Position numbers and translations under genes: made by a program. The notes under the pieces are model-generated. The model saw nothing but the letters and a program-made list of their open reading frames with translations. It had not been told where the DNA came from and searched no databases. Positions 39,101 through 46,297 of a stretch of DNA of 64,000 bases are shown one piece after another. Positions within the stretch are counted from its first letter, which is position 1, and each line of letters starts with the position of its first letter. The stretch comes from a virus (lineage: Duplodnaviria; Caudoviricetes), in the IMG/VR virus record IMGVR_UViG_3300015370_000014, positions 7,016-71,015 of that record; one strand, written 5' to 3'.

Positions 39101-41841
39101 ATTCCTCTATTGCCGCCGTCGCCCCCAAGAGCCTCACAGGCCTTACTCCGGATAAGGCTAAGGATGGGACAAGCTTAGGGGACGTGTACAAGAGTACTAT
39201 GGGGGATTACAAGGCTTACCAGGAGGGTGTGCGTAAGGGGTATTCAACCCTCGAGGAGTACCGAGCCGGTAAGAAGTTTGCGGACGAGTCTTACAATGGC
39301 GAGCAGGTACAGTTTGTCGCTGGGCTGGAGCGCTTGGACAGGCACGACCAGCAAAGGGCTGCTATTGCTGCTCTTAAGGGTGAGTATGACAAGAAAGCTG
39401 CTGATGAAAAAAGGCCCCCTCCCCCTGCTATAGATGCTGCTAAGGTTAGGAAAACTGTAACCGAGCAGGGTATCGCGGCTGCTTGGGCAATTCGCGACGA
39501 AGGTGATAGTCTGCTAAATGACATAGCAACCCTTCGTGAGCAGTATAGCGGAAAAGTAAGTGGCCGTGAGATGAACCCTCTCCTCCGTGGTATTTATGAG
39601 AAGCAGGTCGCGGCGGGAACTCTGGCATCAAGTATAATACTACCCAGCCACGGGGAGACAGAGGGTGCTTTTGTATCTCTCGGCGGTGTTCAGTATAAGG
39701 TGCCTTACAAGCTTGCTAAGTACATTAAGGGTAGCCTGGAGGAAATACAGAAGAGGATTAGAGCTGCGCACGGTGCCAAAGAGTCCTTTGAGGACAGTCC
39801 TATCCTAAGCAGGCTGGCTACGGCTAATGACCCGGGTGCTTTAGGGTTCTTGGGGAGCTTGGGTAAGCGTGTAGTTGGTACTGTAGGGTTGGGCGCAAAG
39901 GGGGCACTCAACACTATGTCTGATGATTGGGCTAAGCGTAAAGTAGACCCTAACAGTATTGGTGCTGCTTTGGAGTCTTTTTATTCCGGCGCCAAGTCCA
40001 CCATCACAGCTCCCTTCCAAGCCGTAGGTGCCACTATAACTGGAGCAGTTAAAACAGCAAAAGAGTTTGATTTCTCTTCCAGAGAAGGAGCACTTAAGAC
40101 CCTTACTAACGCAGGTATAACCGGACTGAGCGCTCTGGGCGCTTACGGTGGTCTTAAGCCCCTTGTTTCGATGGGCTCCAAGGCACCTGTGGTATCAGCC
40201 GTTACAGCGGGGGAGTCTGTTGGTACTACTACAGGCAGTCCTACTAGAGTTGCCGCTCTTGCTGAGGGTATGGCGGACATGCGTCTTAAGTGGAAGAACG
40301 CACGGTGGTGGCACGAGCAATATGTGGCACAGGGGGGGCCCTCTCCAGGCGCCCCTGTTGGAGCATCCAGCAGCTGGGTTGATACTATAGGTAAGACTGC
40401 CAAGCTTACGCCGCCCCTAAGTAAACCACAGGGGGTGCTCAAGGCCCTCCAGGCACTAGAAGGCAAGTCGTCCAGGCTTGGGCCCAAGGATATGGAGCTG
40501 GGCGCTATTACCCTTCCCAAGTCCGTTGACCGTATGATAGATTGGTTGGCGGGTATAGGGCGCCGGAAAAAAGGCCCCTTGGAAGGGGCTAATACGCAAG
40601 TAGACGTGAACCCTGCGGGAGCGCGTGCCGGACTGATTAAGGCTAACTCTTCTGTGGAAGCTCGAAATGCGGCACTAATGCACGAGGCACGTTTGGAGGG
40701 GTCGACGTGGTACCGGGGTGCAACTGGTGTGTATAAGAGGGTTACGCCAGAAACCCACTATGTGGATGCCCGCGGTGTGCACCGGAGTTATGCAGATGCC
40801 ATTCGCCAGCGCTACCTCGCAGGGCAGCCTCAACTACCAGCAGCACCCCAGCAGCTGCCACCGACAGTAGTGCCTCGTCCACCAACAGCATCGCTGCGCA
40901 GCCCCCCCGCCCCTACTCCTCCTGCAGCGTCGGCTTTAGCAGAACTTAATAGGCGAGCTAATACGGAAAACTTGACTAACTATATGTTAAGTGACAGGTG
41001 GCAGGCTTCCGCCGCCGCCGACGCGCTTCGTATGTCTTTTAAGGAACTAATGTTGTCGCCGATATTTGAAAAGGCGAGGCGGGCTGCAGATATTGCTCGT
41101 CACGGGGTGGCTTACCAAGGGTTTGCTACCGGAGGCCATATTTTTGGGCCGGGCGGTCCAACTTCAGACACCGTACCCATTATGGCCAGTCCAGGTGAGT
41201 ATGTAGTAAGAGCAAGCGCTGCTAAGAGCCTTGGTCTCGCTCGCTTGGAGTATATGAATAGCGTAGGTAAGCTGCCAAGATTTAGAGAGGGAGGCCCTGT
41301 TGGTGGGGGTTCCTCTGATGGTTTTTCGGTGGATACTGAGTCAATCTCGAGCGCGATTGCCTCCGCCCTTGATGAGGCAGCAGCCCGTTTCGCTGACAAG
41401 CTTAGTTCTATTGAGCTGCTCATCAAGGCTCCCAGCGCAGAAGAGCTCACACTGCGTGTACCAGACCTCCCAGAGCTTCGCGCGTCTGGTGCCGGGGGTC
41501 CGGGAGCAGCTCGCTTGGACGCCGTAGAGGGGTCTGTGGACGCCCTGAGAGAGGAGCTCCAGGGAATCAAATCCAAGTCCTCTGTAGATGAGGAAGCTTC
41601 CGTTAGCTCCGCAGATGTCAGGCAGCTGGTAGAAGGCGCGCTGTTTACTGCGAAGAGCGAATCGCTTACGGAGCTTAATGAGCGTATATCGAATGTGCTT
41701 AATGACCTCAAGGCCGAGCTGGATGGGCGCTTAGCTTCGCAGCTTGCTGAGGTCAGGTCAGAGGTTTCCTCTGTAGAGTCAATAGCTCGTCAGGCCTCTT
41801 CGGCAGCTTCTGACGCGCTTAGCAGGTCGATGAGGCAATAA
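30130..41841 (+). CDS. Tape measure protein, 3903 aa
   Basis: Ala/Lys/Gln-rich helical sequence; TP901-type core (AAEALTAA..QF, NEVANKTAV, AIGSATRQTGKEIGTSLRFIF); two C-terminal F(A)xGG..GPG..D.VP.M...GE.V motifs typical of TMPs. Confidence 0.92.
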   Translation: MADSNFKFNLDAVLNLKAGDTSEIEAALKKLKSTVDMEAVGLKAAQSSAIKTQVDAFQGVMTSVSKIITNSLPRGGTSKVDSAAASITKIVDALSSVPAALGGSASRSINTSATNIQKLVGILEKLPETVGGVASSVNSLKKAANSLKASADNAGESTRKVRSGGSRGGANVPPPPGSGGSGGAGGGGGRDWANELEASCQKVSASLKGLAGAVDTIQQAISAHAASIKASASNVSAIAAAGAGPQHAAHSSAPPPDPFSYSSSNVRETAAKLRRREKNKAVPGEIKDTDLTELITALHKLIASAVSGPRAQFTTVLEIMRSKLPDGLKAYADRLEAVFTSVNSTVRERRNAFSDLRKKVKKDVRSELGSQFSNDKFNQAWVALDRSVSLSLAEALLDKVREAQRAVDAALASGAPTNKVERLKGNLIEATTDLAEGVRRGAFDKAGQLKRGGKNPYVDEGGVPLPGLEGLNAATGRGLSKVGQEWKNWLETIVNGTDKEFENLRKHFKVSATDRVKAAQEIYGKEVKRGDLSSARDISAVSGMIIEAGPNEFKVAAQLRGFFERALTQATEGRIPTKLTPAAQQKQIVNLAGTGGATRAAAMAVGGGLFKNEGGQVVKRDFSDLEGITKRIYSSLARYKLPIVEMDEAISAVIQNLKSVKGLDLFDEGQINRLVTSFRLLQRERAASAAVREEKAQPATVYGMSAFSGLSSEVLKALQGVNGLKTPTEIVRKIFGGLRGNAAEARKQVQELEIEMARASKHHIELGIDPEQLRAGLTAARQVRTAVEKGTTPLGATREQSFSHFGRVVAEHRAKMESQLAAGTNIRPTTFDFHVPDEATGQLKKLTTTINTTRDSYGKLKVTAQAANATMASRVDLTTALRRVALWGAASGLLYGSLSILRSGLSTITTVETGVIKVGKVIQRSIADFAAFRQEVLNTANTITSTFGTSIESVLETMFTFAQQGLELPDVSSASRVTALAENVTSLDAPKAAEALTAAFQQFGFEVSQSERILDSWNEVANKTAVTETVLAEATKKAGTAARGAGVDFDSFNGLVSAIGSATRQTGKEIGTSLRFIFQRLTRPAAGTALKQIGVEAQDAAGNFRGFLPIIKDLSTKWGDLSQSQKLAVAQATAGIRQYNTFLVVMEKYDEFVKAAAISSASQGSAMRENQEVMKSAVKQWGLFKEQVKQSAVQLGSVFLPVAKLVLGSVTSLATSFNTLPTALKAAVGGMALFGVASLKVGERLDHILMSLSTLPGQGAGLFAALTGSIRSIGAGRSLESLSDTARQLVEANPLRRVSVQVGDFSKNAIKAMWDTSGATAGTVAAFSALGSTGIHSTSELSKFSLAVRAVDSSTGKAALNVSDMNSLLGKLGLTIARVGQSFAGFGLVAVTAIASVIPGIKNMTERMTLAQGAAAVAQKGFWASFIGFAGLTAAVVGGFYALSRAYSSITETGIEAADKMKQPIAKMEEQLSIAKKAALELKAYETAQLRLNAAQSKTPQDVEKDKARGKHVPPELQALKLAASQSDAVVSLGSGAVDAVVGFDKLGNAVLRADTSLGGFNNSAVRAIALSIALKKAQQAGHLASELTGSTFFQSARLVEKYNIAVGRLRSGLSAYASATKSLPDIGAVSSSQGMKAFRKAIAATSVEATKYGAQLKVVEYRLESLMGTLDKDTPAEFFQTLGDTKEGPKILAALADIANKTLTPALGKAATGVDVLNQLLLKTKTGLKDIGPIGEVTLKRFESKKISALPISKTNVTALRDEIKKGNADFNNAIVTFKMPGKNTLEQGRLLLDKESQLIVERLNKAGQLVRDRVSDLLNSVTDVKVTPVNRLSRVVGEEIDRVKTIVTGAGAGTAFTGQINLGARLDLDLTPQQRVARELPKLFQQAAKAQREYNTALKSFNEITKNATEATPGLSANLRAKAAELNTTSFILRLATDLQQLGQAAEKAAYAIETASIGRSVDDFLASFRVGADKGIVASRAFKPTPTAGELTTDQKFNRDFGKQIDKMAADTDTSKAQAVQLKATQRLSADIPLLFKQFKSSLGKTGAPSDIVSLVHNIQSSTDAKSALEKTFQSKAFTQRQSQVLLAAQTLDATNKVGSEVGRLATAMGAPAKKEVLSTRDAAQQQQLQKQVASASAQALKDGFTAYAISRRPKEASQGEKFLKPDRMAASIAKGVTDPISRMIAEAVNKGDTSDQTINKIVQAYRNLTSSELKATTTSINALYDYAARIGETSPDMMSAITARQGKEALAERLRLEEKFASSSDAPATIKKAIEAAIAVKKNAPAATVDTTKVANFGKALDLAEKSILRQYGASKDRLSAEAGATKSLISFKQEVSSSLYAVSAFAHKIGEATRNIKSQLAGKDVDRKLSGPLAGAMRGLLTSSPDIGKSKEDLSPIERLQKTFGTIFQTVEDFQSTIRPESLRVLKSLGLEITKGEERLATIRQNKTEEGVRASLAIGGALDAEKDIRDKLIRVIQSSNVEIGKFAEQARRLVILEDAKKKIEGLVASLEVASRIRFDTTSIDKALGRSPFSIQPAQFGQKTADLDKFQQREEQLKTQLAQGVTADQYRNIQNELKKLEFDKKEVGITEQQGKEREKLSAEINAGKQALQTLAEAERRGAPVGNLIEVIKSEMATAGDVFETGGKKYFRGLPSLQNLSGELTKIQEGNTKAALENQRKITLGPLEDLTKFSNAKLEEIAKNTAAFNSFVDKQALAKKEVAAQIDAAGPTSGERSPDAQQLSDVYKKVLGKDFEKLLGEGSAPSDVVVGFTGKLSSATDVVQVFADSLLKVATRDDTAANKFVDALTSGKDESKLFASGGAVFGPGGVDQVPAMLTAGEFVLPKNAVRSLSSSFGNSVLTSLQRGRLPHFATGGRVKRRKDLELLATSLGIDSSELAPGEGVAGTRSLGTYSTNGAPALPPGAGLLSSDYSGQLGSVEFAGDALKGANKKAIYDFDGSPVKGKLFVGVTKDGRLSFSDSEDSSNFDSSIAAVAPKSLTGLTPDKAKDGTSLGDVYKSTMGDYKAYQEGVRKGYSTLEEYRAGKKFADESYNGEQVQFVAGLERLDRHDQQRAAIAALKGEYDKKAADEKRPPPPAIDAAKVRKTVTEQGIAAAWAIRDEGDSLLNDIATLREQYSGKVSGREMNPLLRGIYEKQVAAGTLASSIILPSHGETEGAFVSLGGVQYKVPYKLAKYIKGSLEEIQKRIRAAHGAKESFEDSPILSRLATANDPGALGFLGSLGKRVVGTVGLGAKGALNTMSDDWAKRKVDPNSIGAALESFYSGAKSTITAPFQAVGATITGAVKTAKEFDFSSREGALKTLTNAGITGLSALGAYGGLKPLVSMGSKAPVVSAVTAGESVGTTTGSPTRVAALAEGMADMRLKWKNARWWHEQYVAQGGPSPGAPVGASSSWVDTIGKTAKLTPPLSKPQGVLKALQALEGKSSRLGPKDMELGAITLPKSVDRMIDWLAGIGRRKKGPLEGANTQVDVNPAGARAGLIKANSSVEARNAALMHEARLEGSTWYRGATGVYKRVTPETHYVDARGVHRSYADAIRQRYLAGQPQLPAAPQQLPPTVVPRPPTASLRSPPAPTPPAASALAELNRRANTENLTNYMLSDRWQASAAADALRMSFKELMLSPIFEKARRAADIARHGVAYQGFATGGHIFGPGGPTSDTVPIMASPGEYVVRASAAKSLGLARLEYMNSVGKLPRFREGGPVGGGSSDGFSVDTESISSAIASALDEAAARFADKLSSIELLIKAPSAEELTLRVPDLPELRASGAGGPGAARLDAVEGSVDALREELQGIKSKSSVDEEASVSSADVRQLVEGALFTAKSESLTELNERISNVLNDLKAELDGRLASQLAEVRSEVSSVESIARQASSAASDALSRSMRQ

Positions 41842-43886
41842 TGAGTTTCACCGCATACGTTGGTTTACTGAATTCGACGGCGTTTCCTAATAGCCTGGGT
41901 ACTGCCTTGTGGGCAGATAATGCTTCTCCATCTACAGGAACTGCGGACGCTACTTGCGTTGCTGAGCAGGTGTTAGCTGCTTTTAATATCCCGTTCACGA
42001 GTTCGCTGCCTTATAATAGGTTGTGCGCGTTGCCCGGGTACGATTTAAATAACGTTGATGCGATTCAGGCACTAAAGCTTTCTTTGGCTTCTTATTTGAA
42101 AAATGGGCAGCTATGGGACATATTTTCGGATGGGTACGGAGTAGCGGAGTTCGTACAAATTTACCCCGCCCAAAAAACAGTAGTTCTAAATGTCAGGATG
42201 TGCCTACCTAATACGATGTATGACGATAACGTACACACTGTGGTAGTACGAGGTTATGACGCACCCCCCGTTAGGCACATTAGAGAGGGAGAGGTCATCA
42301 TACCCTCCGCCAAAACGGAAGGAGATTTAAACCCCCAGCAGGTCGCCGCGCTATCGTGCTGCTTAATCTCCGAGGCCTCCCTATATGGGACTATAGTGAA
42401 TGAGGTCTCTTGTGCAGGGCGCCCTTACCACAGGTCGGCTGTTATTAGCTACAAGGACCCCATTCTACAGGCACAATATAAGGATGGACAGCAATCTGTT
42501 TATGAACCCAGGGATTTCGAGAGTATCGAAGGTTATATTATCAAGTTTGATACTGGTATGTCTCCTGATTTAAACGTTACTTACCAGCAAAGTGCTACTA
42601 CGTCCGTAACTTATACACTACCTTTTACAGGCCTGCTTTCTACAGGAACACATTGCGCTATATTACAGACAAGTGCTGCTTTTGCACAGTTTGGGTATCA
42701 GCGTTTTGTGATAGGCACCGTAGAAACCCAGGACAGGTATGGTGACACCTGGCCTATTTTTATAGGGGTTTCAAATCTAAAAGTGGTAGGCAACACAATT
42801 CAAGAGGCTTACGATAGTCGGGCGGGTGGTGGCGGAGTTAGTCTTTTTATCGATGAGCGCATAACTCATACCTCACCTCCCGCCAATAAAAACTGGCATT
42901 GGACATACGAGAGCGGTGTCCCTGTTTTGTACGTGTATAGTCCCAAGTATGACGATGGCAGCACCCAGGACTATATTTGGGAGTTGTTAAGTACGACGCT
43001 TGCCCCTACAATTTACCCGTACCGTGCAGCTAATACGTTGGCAGTTAATAAAGCAAGCTACTCTTTGAGCTCCGGCCCTATCACCAGGGCAGGTGTTGCG
43101 TGGCCTAATCTGGGGTCTGGTATAGGCACATTAGTTCAAAAGATGGCGGTTACTGTTGACATAGACAGGCCGAGCATTGTGGTTAGTGACCCCCGCGGTA
43201 GGGCGTTAGATTACGCCAGGGCGCTCGAGATAACATACTACCCCCTTGTGGTGGAGGACACTCCTGCGCCTGTAGGTTATAACGTGGGGGGTACTGCTGG
43301 TATCGTGGACCACACCCTGGATATTTATGATACTGACCCTACAACCGTTCAACCCAACCCGCAGACTGTAGCAGGCAGTATGACTTGGCTGGAGTCGCAG
43401 AAGACCGGCGCAACTATAGATATATCCCTGCCTTTCTTAGAGACAGGGGATGAGTGTAGGGACACTGCTAACTTCTTGTACAACCTATACGATAACTTTG
43501 GCGAAAAAGCCATAACCTCTTATAGCCTTACTTGTGGGCCAGACGATAGGCCGGAGCTGGGCGCCTTGGTGAACGGGTTTAACTCAAACTTGCGGATAAA
43601 CGAGATTTCCTATAACTATCAAGACGGGAACTCCTATACCATTTCGGTGACGCTTGGTCCTATTTTTCAATCCTTGGGTAGCTGGAATACTTCCGCCTGG
43701 CAGCGTAAAACTGAGACTGTTAGTCGCCAAGGAATCATAACATATACTGCTGGCGACGGTGTTACCTATAGGGTACGTGTTCAAGGGTTGGGTGAGTATT
43801 ACGCATTGAATACAACGGCGACGACCACATTTTTTGTCGGCGAAAAAGTTAATGTTCAGCTTAGAAATAACCCAGTGGAGTCTTAG
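41841..43886 (+). CDS. Tail tip / hub protein
   Basis: TAATG overlap with the TMP stop; beta-rich; C-terminal INEISYNY...TISVTLG and OB-like end typical of hub/Tal proteins. Confidence 0.55.
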   Translation: MSFTAYVGLLNSTAFPNSLGTALWADNASPSTGTADATCVAEQVLAAFNIPFTSSLPYNRLCALPGYDLNNVDAIQALKLSLASYLKNGQLWDIFSDGYGVAEFVQIYPAQKTVVLNVRMCLPNTMYDDNVHTVVVRGYDAPPVRHIREGEVIIPSAKTEGDLNPQQVAALSCCLISEASLYGTIVNEVSCAGRPYHRSAVISYKDPILQAQYKDGQQSVYEPRDFESIEGYIIKFDTGMSPDLNVTYQQSATTSVTYTLPFTGLLSTGTHCAILQTSAAFAQFGYQRFVIGTVETQDRYGDTWPIFIGVSNLKVVGNTIQEAYDSRAGGGGVSLFIDERITHTSPPANKNWHWTYESGVPVLYVYSPKYDDGSTQDYIWELLSTTLAPTIYPYRAANTLAVNKASYSLSSGPITRAGVAWPNLGSGIGTLVQKMAVTVDIDRPSIVVSDPRGRALDYARALEITYYPLVVEDTPAPVGYNVGGTAGIVDHTLDIYDTDPTTVQPNPQTVAGSMTWLESQKTGATIDISLPFLETGDECRDTANFLYNLYDNFGEKAITSYSLTCGPDDRPELGALVNGFNSNLRINEISYNYQDGNSYTISVTLGPIFQSLGSWNTSAWQRKTETVSRQGIITYTAGDGVTYRVRVQGLGEYYALNTTATTTFFVGEKVNVQLRNNPVES

Positions 43887-44594
43887 ATGCCTCTTCAGAC
43901 TGATTGTGGCTCAGTAGAGTTAGAACAGATAAGAGCTCGAGTAGAGATAAACGATACCTTTATTGTAGATACCCCGGACGTCAAAGCTATCAGTGTTAAT
44001 AAGAGTCGTGGCAGTAATATAGGAACTTTTAGTGTTACTATGGAAGTTAAGGTTGACGCGAATTTCGGTGCGCCTACGGGTTCTGGTGGCAAGATTCGTA
44101 TTTATGCTGGCACAAAACAGAACTACTTGGCAGTCCCAATTTTTACCGGCAAGATTAAGAGCATTCGACCTACGCCAACACCGGGTAAGCCCAACTATTA
44201 CACACTTTCTTTGGCGGGGGACGACATTCTTTCCAATCTACAAAACAAGAAGTTTTCCCGCAGACTTCCTACGGATGGCCCTGGTGTGTTTGTGACTATT
44301 ACAGGAAGCGCGGGGTCTCGCCCGAGTAGTATGACGTGGGCCATTGATGGTAGGGCAACTTCAGGTTCCAAGACTTTTAGTCATACGAAGCCGGACCTTA
44401 CAGACCGCAAAGCACATAATAGTCTTACCCACCATAGGGACTACAATAAGTACACAAAGGACTGGGGCCAGAAGGGGGGTATTACACCTGTTCCAGAAGC
44501 CGGTTCTCCTGGCGGAGGCGGAGGCCTCAATGTGCACGACCACAGTAGTATGACGTCAGGTGGTCCCGCGTTTGGAGTGTATAGTCCCTCATAA
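43887..44594 (+). CDS. Tail tip protein with a hub-like N-terminus and a C-terminal HxH motif
   Basis: GTFSVT, IRIYAG, IFTGKI, L.GDD motifs; ends VHDHS..GGPAFGVY. Confidence 0.55.
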   Translation: MPLQTDCGSVELEQIRARVEINDTFIVDTPDVKAISVNKSRGSNIGTFSVTMEVKVDANFGAPTGSGGKIRIYAGTKQNYLAVPIFTGKIKSIRPTPTPGKPNYYTLSLAGDDILSNLQNKKFSRRLPTDGPGVFVTITGSAGSRPSSMTWAIDGRATSGSKTFSHTKPDLTDRKAHNSLTHHRDYNKYTKDWGQKGGITPVPEAGSPGGGGGLNVHDHSSMTSGGPAFGVYSPS

Positions 44595-44820
44595 AGAAAT
44601 GGCAAAAAAATCGAGCGCCGGGAAATCGTTGGGGGATTTATGTATGGTCGACGCGGGCAGCACTGGTTAAGCTGGTGTATTGTTGTACATTTTTGTTTTC
44701 GACGCTCGCTAATTGCTCTGTCGGGCCCCTCTTTAGTGGTAGTGGGTTATATACACGGGGAGTTATCTTACCTAAACAAAACAAGTTATCCGTAGTATAC
44801 TGTATAAGGCAAGGGTAAAA

Positions 44821-45417
44821 ATGACGTGTCAATGTAATATAGCTGGCCTGCTTCTGATGAACTACCAGGGTATTACGTCCGCCGCGCTGAACGGCAGCAC
44901 AGAGGTATCTGTAGCTACAGACGGTACAGTTTTGTTGGGCCAATCACTAAGCACTCTGAGTATTTCTGCGTGGGCGTTTGCTCCAGGGGGGGATAGGTTG
45001 TTAGGGGCATCTTGTAACGCCTCTGCCAGTGCAGAGATTAAATGGATGCAAAAGTACGACTGTTCTACAGATACTGTTTATTTTATACCTATGTCCGGGG
45101 GTAAAGCATCAGTAACTAACGGCCCTATTAATGGCGTTTCGTTGGAGTGTGACCCCGGGATTACGTCTAAGTCTTTTAATGCTTCTGTTAATTCAGGGCC
45201 CGTAACTCCTTACATTACGGCCACTCGCAGTGATGGTTATAACTTAATTTATACAGGGGCACCTATCCCTATTCGTAGTGGGGATTCCACCCCTTATTCA
45301 ATAAATCTGGGCCCGTTTTCCGTTATAGCGTACTTGCAGTCATTTAGCCTGACAGTGTCTCCTCCAGCCCCAGCAACTGTATCATACAGCTTTGTTATTC
45401 CGGGGAGGGTAATATAA
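44821..45417 (+). CDS. Beta-rich tail-cluster protein
   Basis: 198 aa, Ser/Thr/Gly-rich; position in the tail cluster. Confidence 0.65.
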   Translation: MTCQCNIAGLLLMNYQGITSAALNGSTEVSVATDGTVLLGQSLSTLSISAWAFAPGGDRLLGASCNASASAEIKWMQKYDCSTDTVYFIPMSGGKASVTNGPINGVSLECDPGITSKSFNASVNSGPVTPYITATRSDGYNLIYTGAPIPIRSGDSTPYSINLGPFSVIAYLQSFSLTVSPPAPATVSYSFVIPGRVI

Positions 45418-45777
45418 ATGGCAACACCCGTTACTATCACTAAGTACAGGTTAAGGGCAGGCTCTCCGATTCCCAAGTCTATAGGTACGGGGTGTTCAAC
45501 GGCACCCCCCTCATCGTATATTATCCAATCGTTTGGGGTCGAGGTCTCCGAGGTGGATAACTGGGACGCTATTGTAGGGCTTTACGCCTCCGAAGTTATG
45601 CAGGGGATGCAGAATTATGAGGACACTTCTGCGTTTAGAAGCCAGGCGTACGTAAGGATTTCTTATACCGGCACGAACACGCGCAATACAGACGGTGTAC
45701 AAGTATTTAGAGGGCAGGAAGAGCACGCGTTTGGGTGGCTGGACGAGGACTCCGCATCGCTGAACTGGATATCCTAA
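45418..45777 (+). CDS. Tail-cluster hypothetical protein
   Basis: 119 aa, GGAGG RBS, abuts the upstream stop. Confidence 0.65.
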   Translation: MATPVTITKYRLRAGSPIPKSIGTGCSTAPPSSYIIQSFGVEVSEVDNWDAIVGLYASEVMQGMQNYEDTSAFRSQAYVRISYTGTNTRNTDGVQVFRGQEEHAFGWLDEDSASLNWIS

Positions 45778-45788
45778 GGGGGGGGTCT

Positions 45789-46109
45789 ATGGCAGTAATA
45801 TGTAGTGTAACCACATCTTCCGTAAGCCCCTTCTCTTTCATAGATTGCGGGTCGGTGTCTATTTCGTATGACCTTAAAGGGATGGCTTCGGTATCATTCA
45901 CAGTCATTAGTAATTCTACTACGATATCGTTGCCGAGCTACACTACATTGGAGTTTGGGTCCTCTACCGAGACACGGACGGCAGGGCCTTTTTCTGCGGG
46001 CAGGGTTAGGTTTAAAGGGACAGTTATTGGCTACGAACTATCTCCAATACCAGGCACATTGGTATATGAACACAAACTACAGCTACTGGGCTGGGGTTGC
46101 AGGATTTAA
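45789..46109 (+). CDS. Beta-rich tail-cluster protein
   Basis: ATG 45789 after a G8 tract; alternating beta pattern (SVSISYD, SVSFTVI, FKGTVIGYEL). Confidence 0.6.
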   Translation: MAVICSVTTSSVSPFSFIDCGSVSISYDLKGMASVSFTVISNSTTISLPSYTTLEFGSSTETRTAGPFSAGRVRFKGTVIGYELSPIPGTLVYEHKLQLLGWGCRI

Positions 46110-46121
46110 TAGGAGAATCCT

Positions 46122-46289
46122 ATGGGGTGTGGGTGCGGGAAAAAATCTACCAGACACGAGCCCCCTAAAAATGACTACCATAGTAGGTACGCATTTTTAA
46201 CTCCGCGTCAGCTTGCTGATAAGAAAGCCAGAGAAGCAGCGGACCAACGTTCCCAGGAAGAGTTATTGCCTAAGGACGCTAATAAGTAG
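46122..46289 (+). CDS. Small MGCGCGK-type protein, 55 aa (not in ORF track)
   Basis: AGGAG then ATG 46122: MGCGCGKKSTRHEPPKNDYHSRYAFLTPRQLADKKAREAADQRSQEELLPKDANK-stop; fills the gap exactly. Confidence 0.75.
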   Translation: MGCGCGKKSTRHEPPKNDYHSRYAFLTPRQLADKKAREAADQRSQEELLPKDANK

Positions 46290-46297
46290 GTGCGGTA

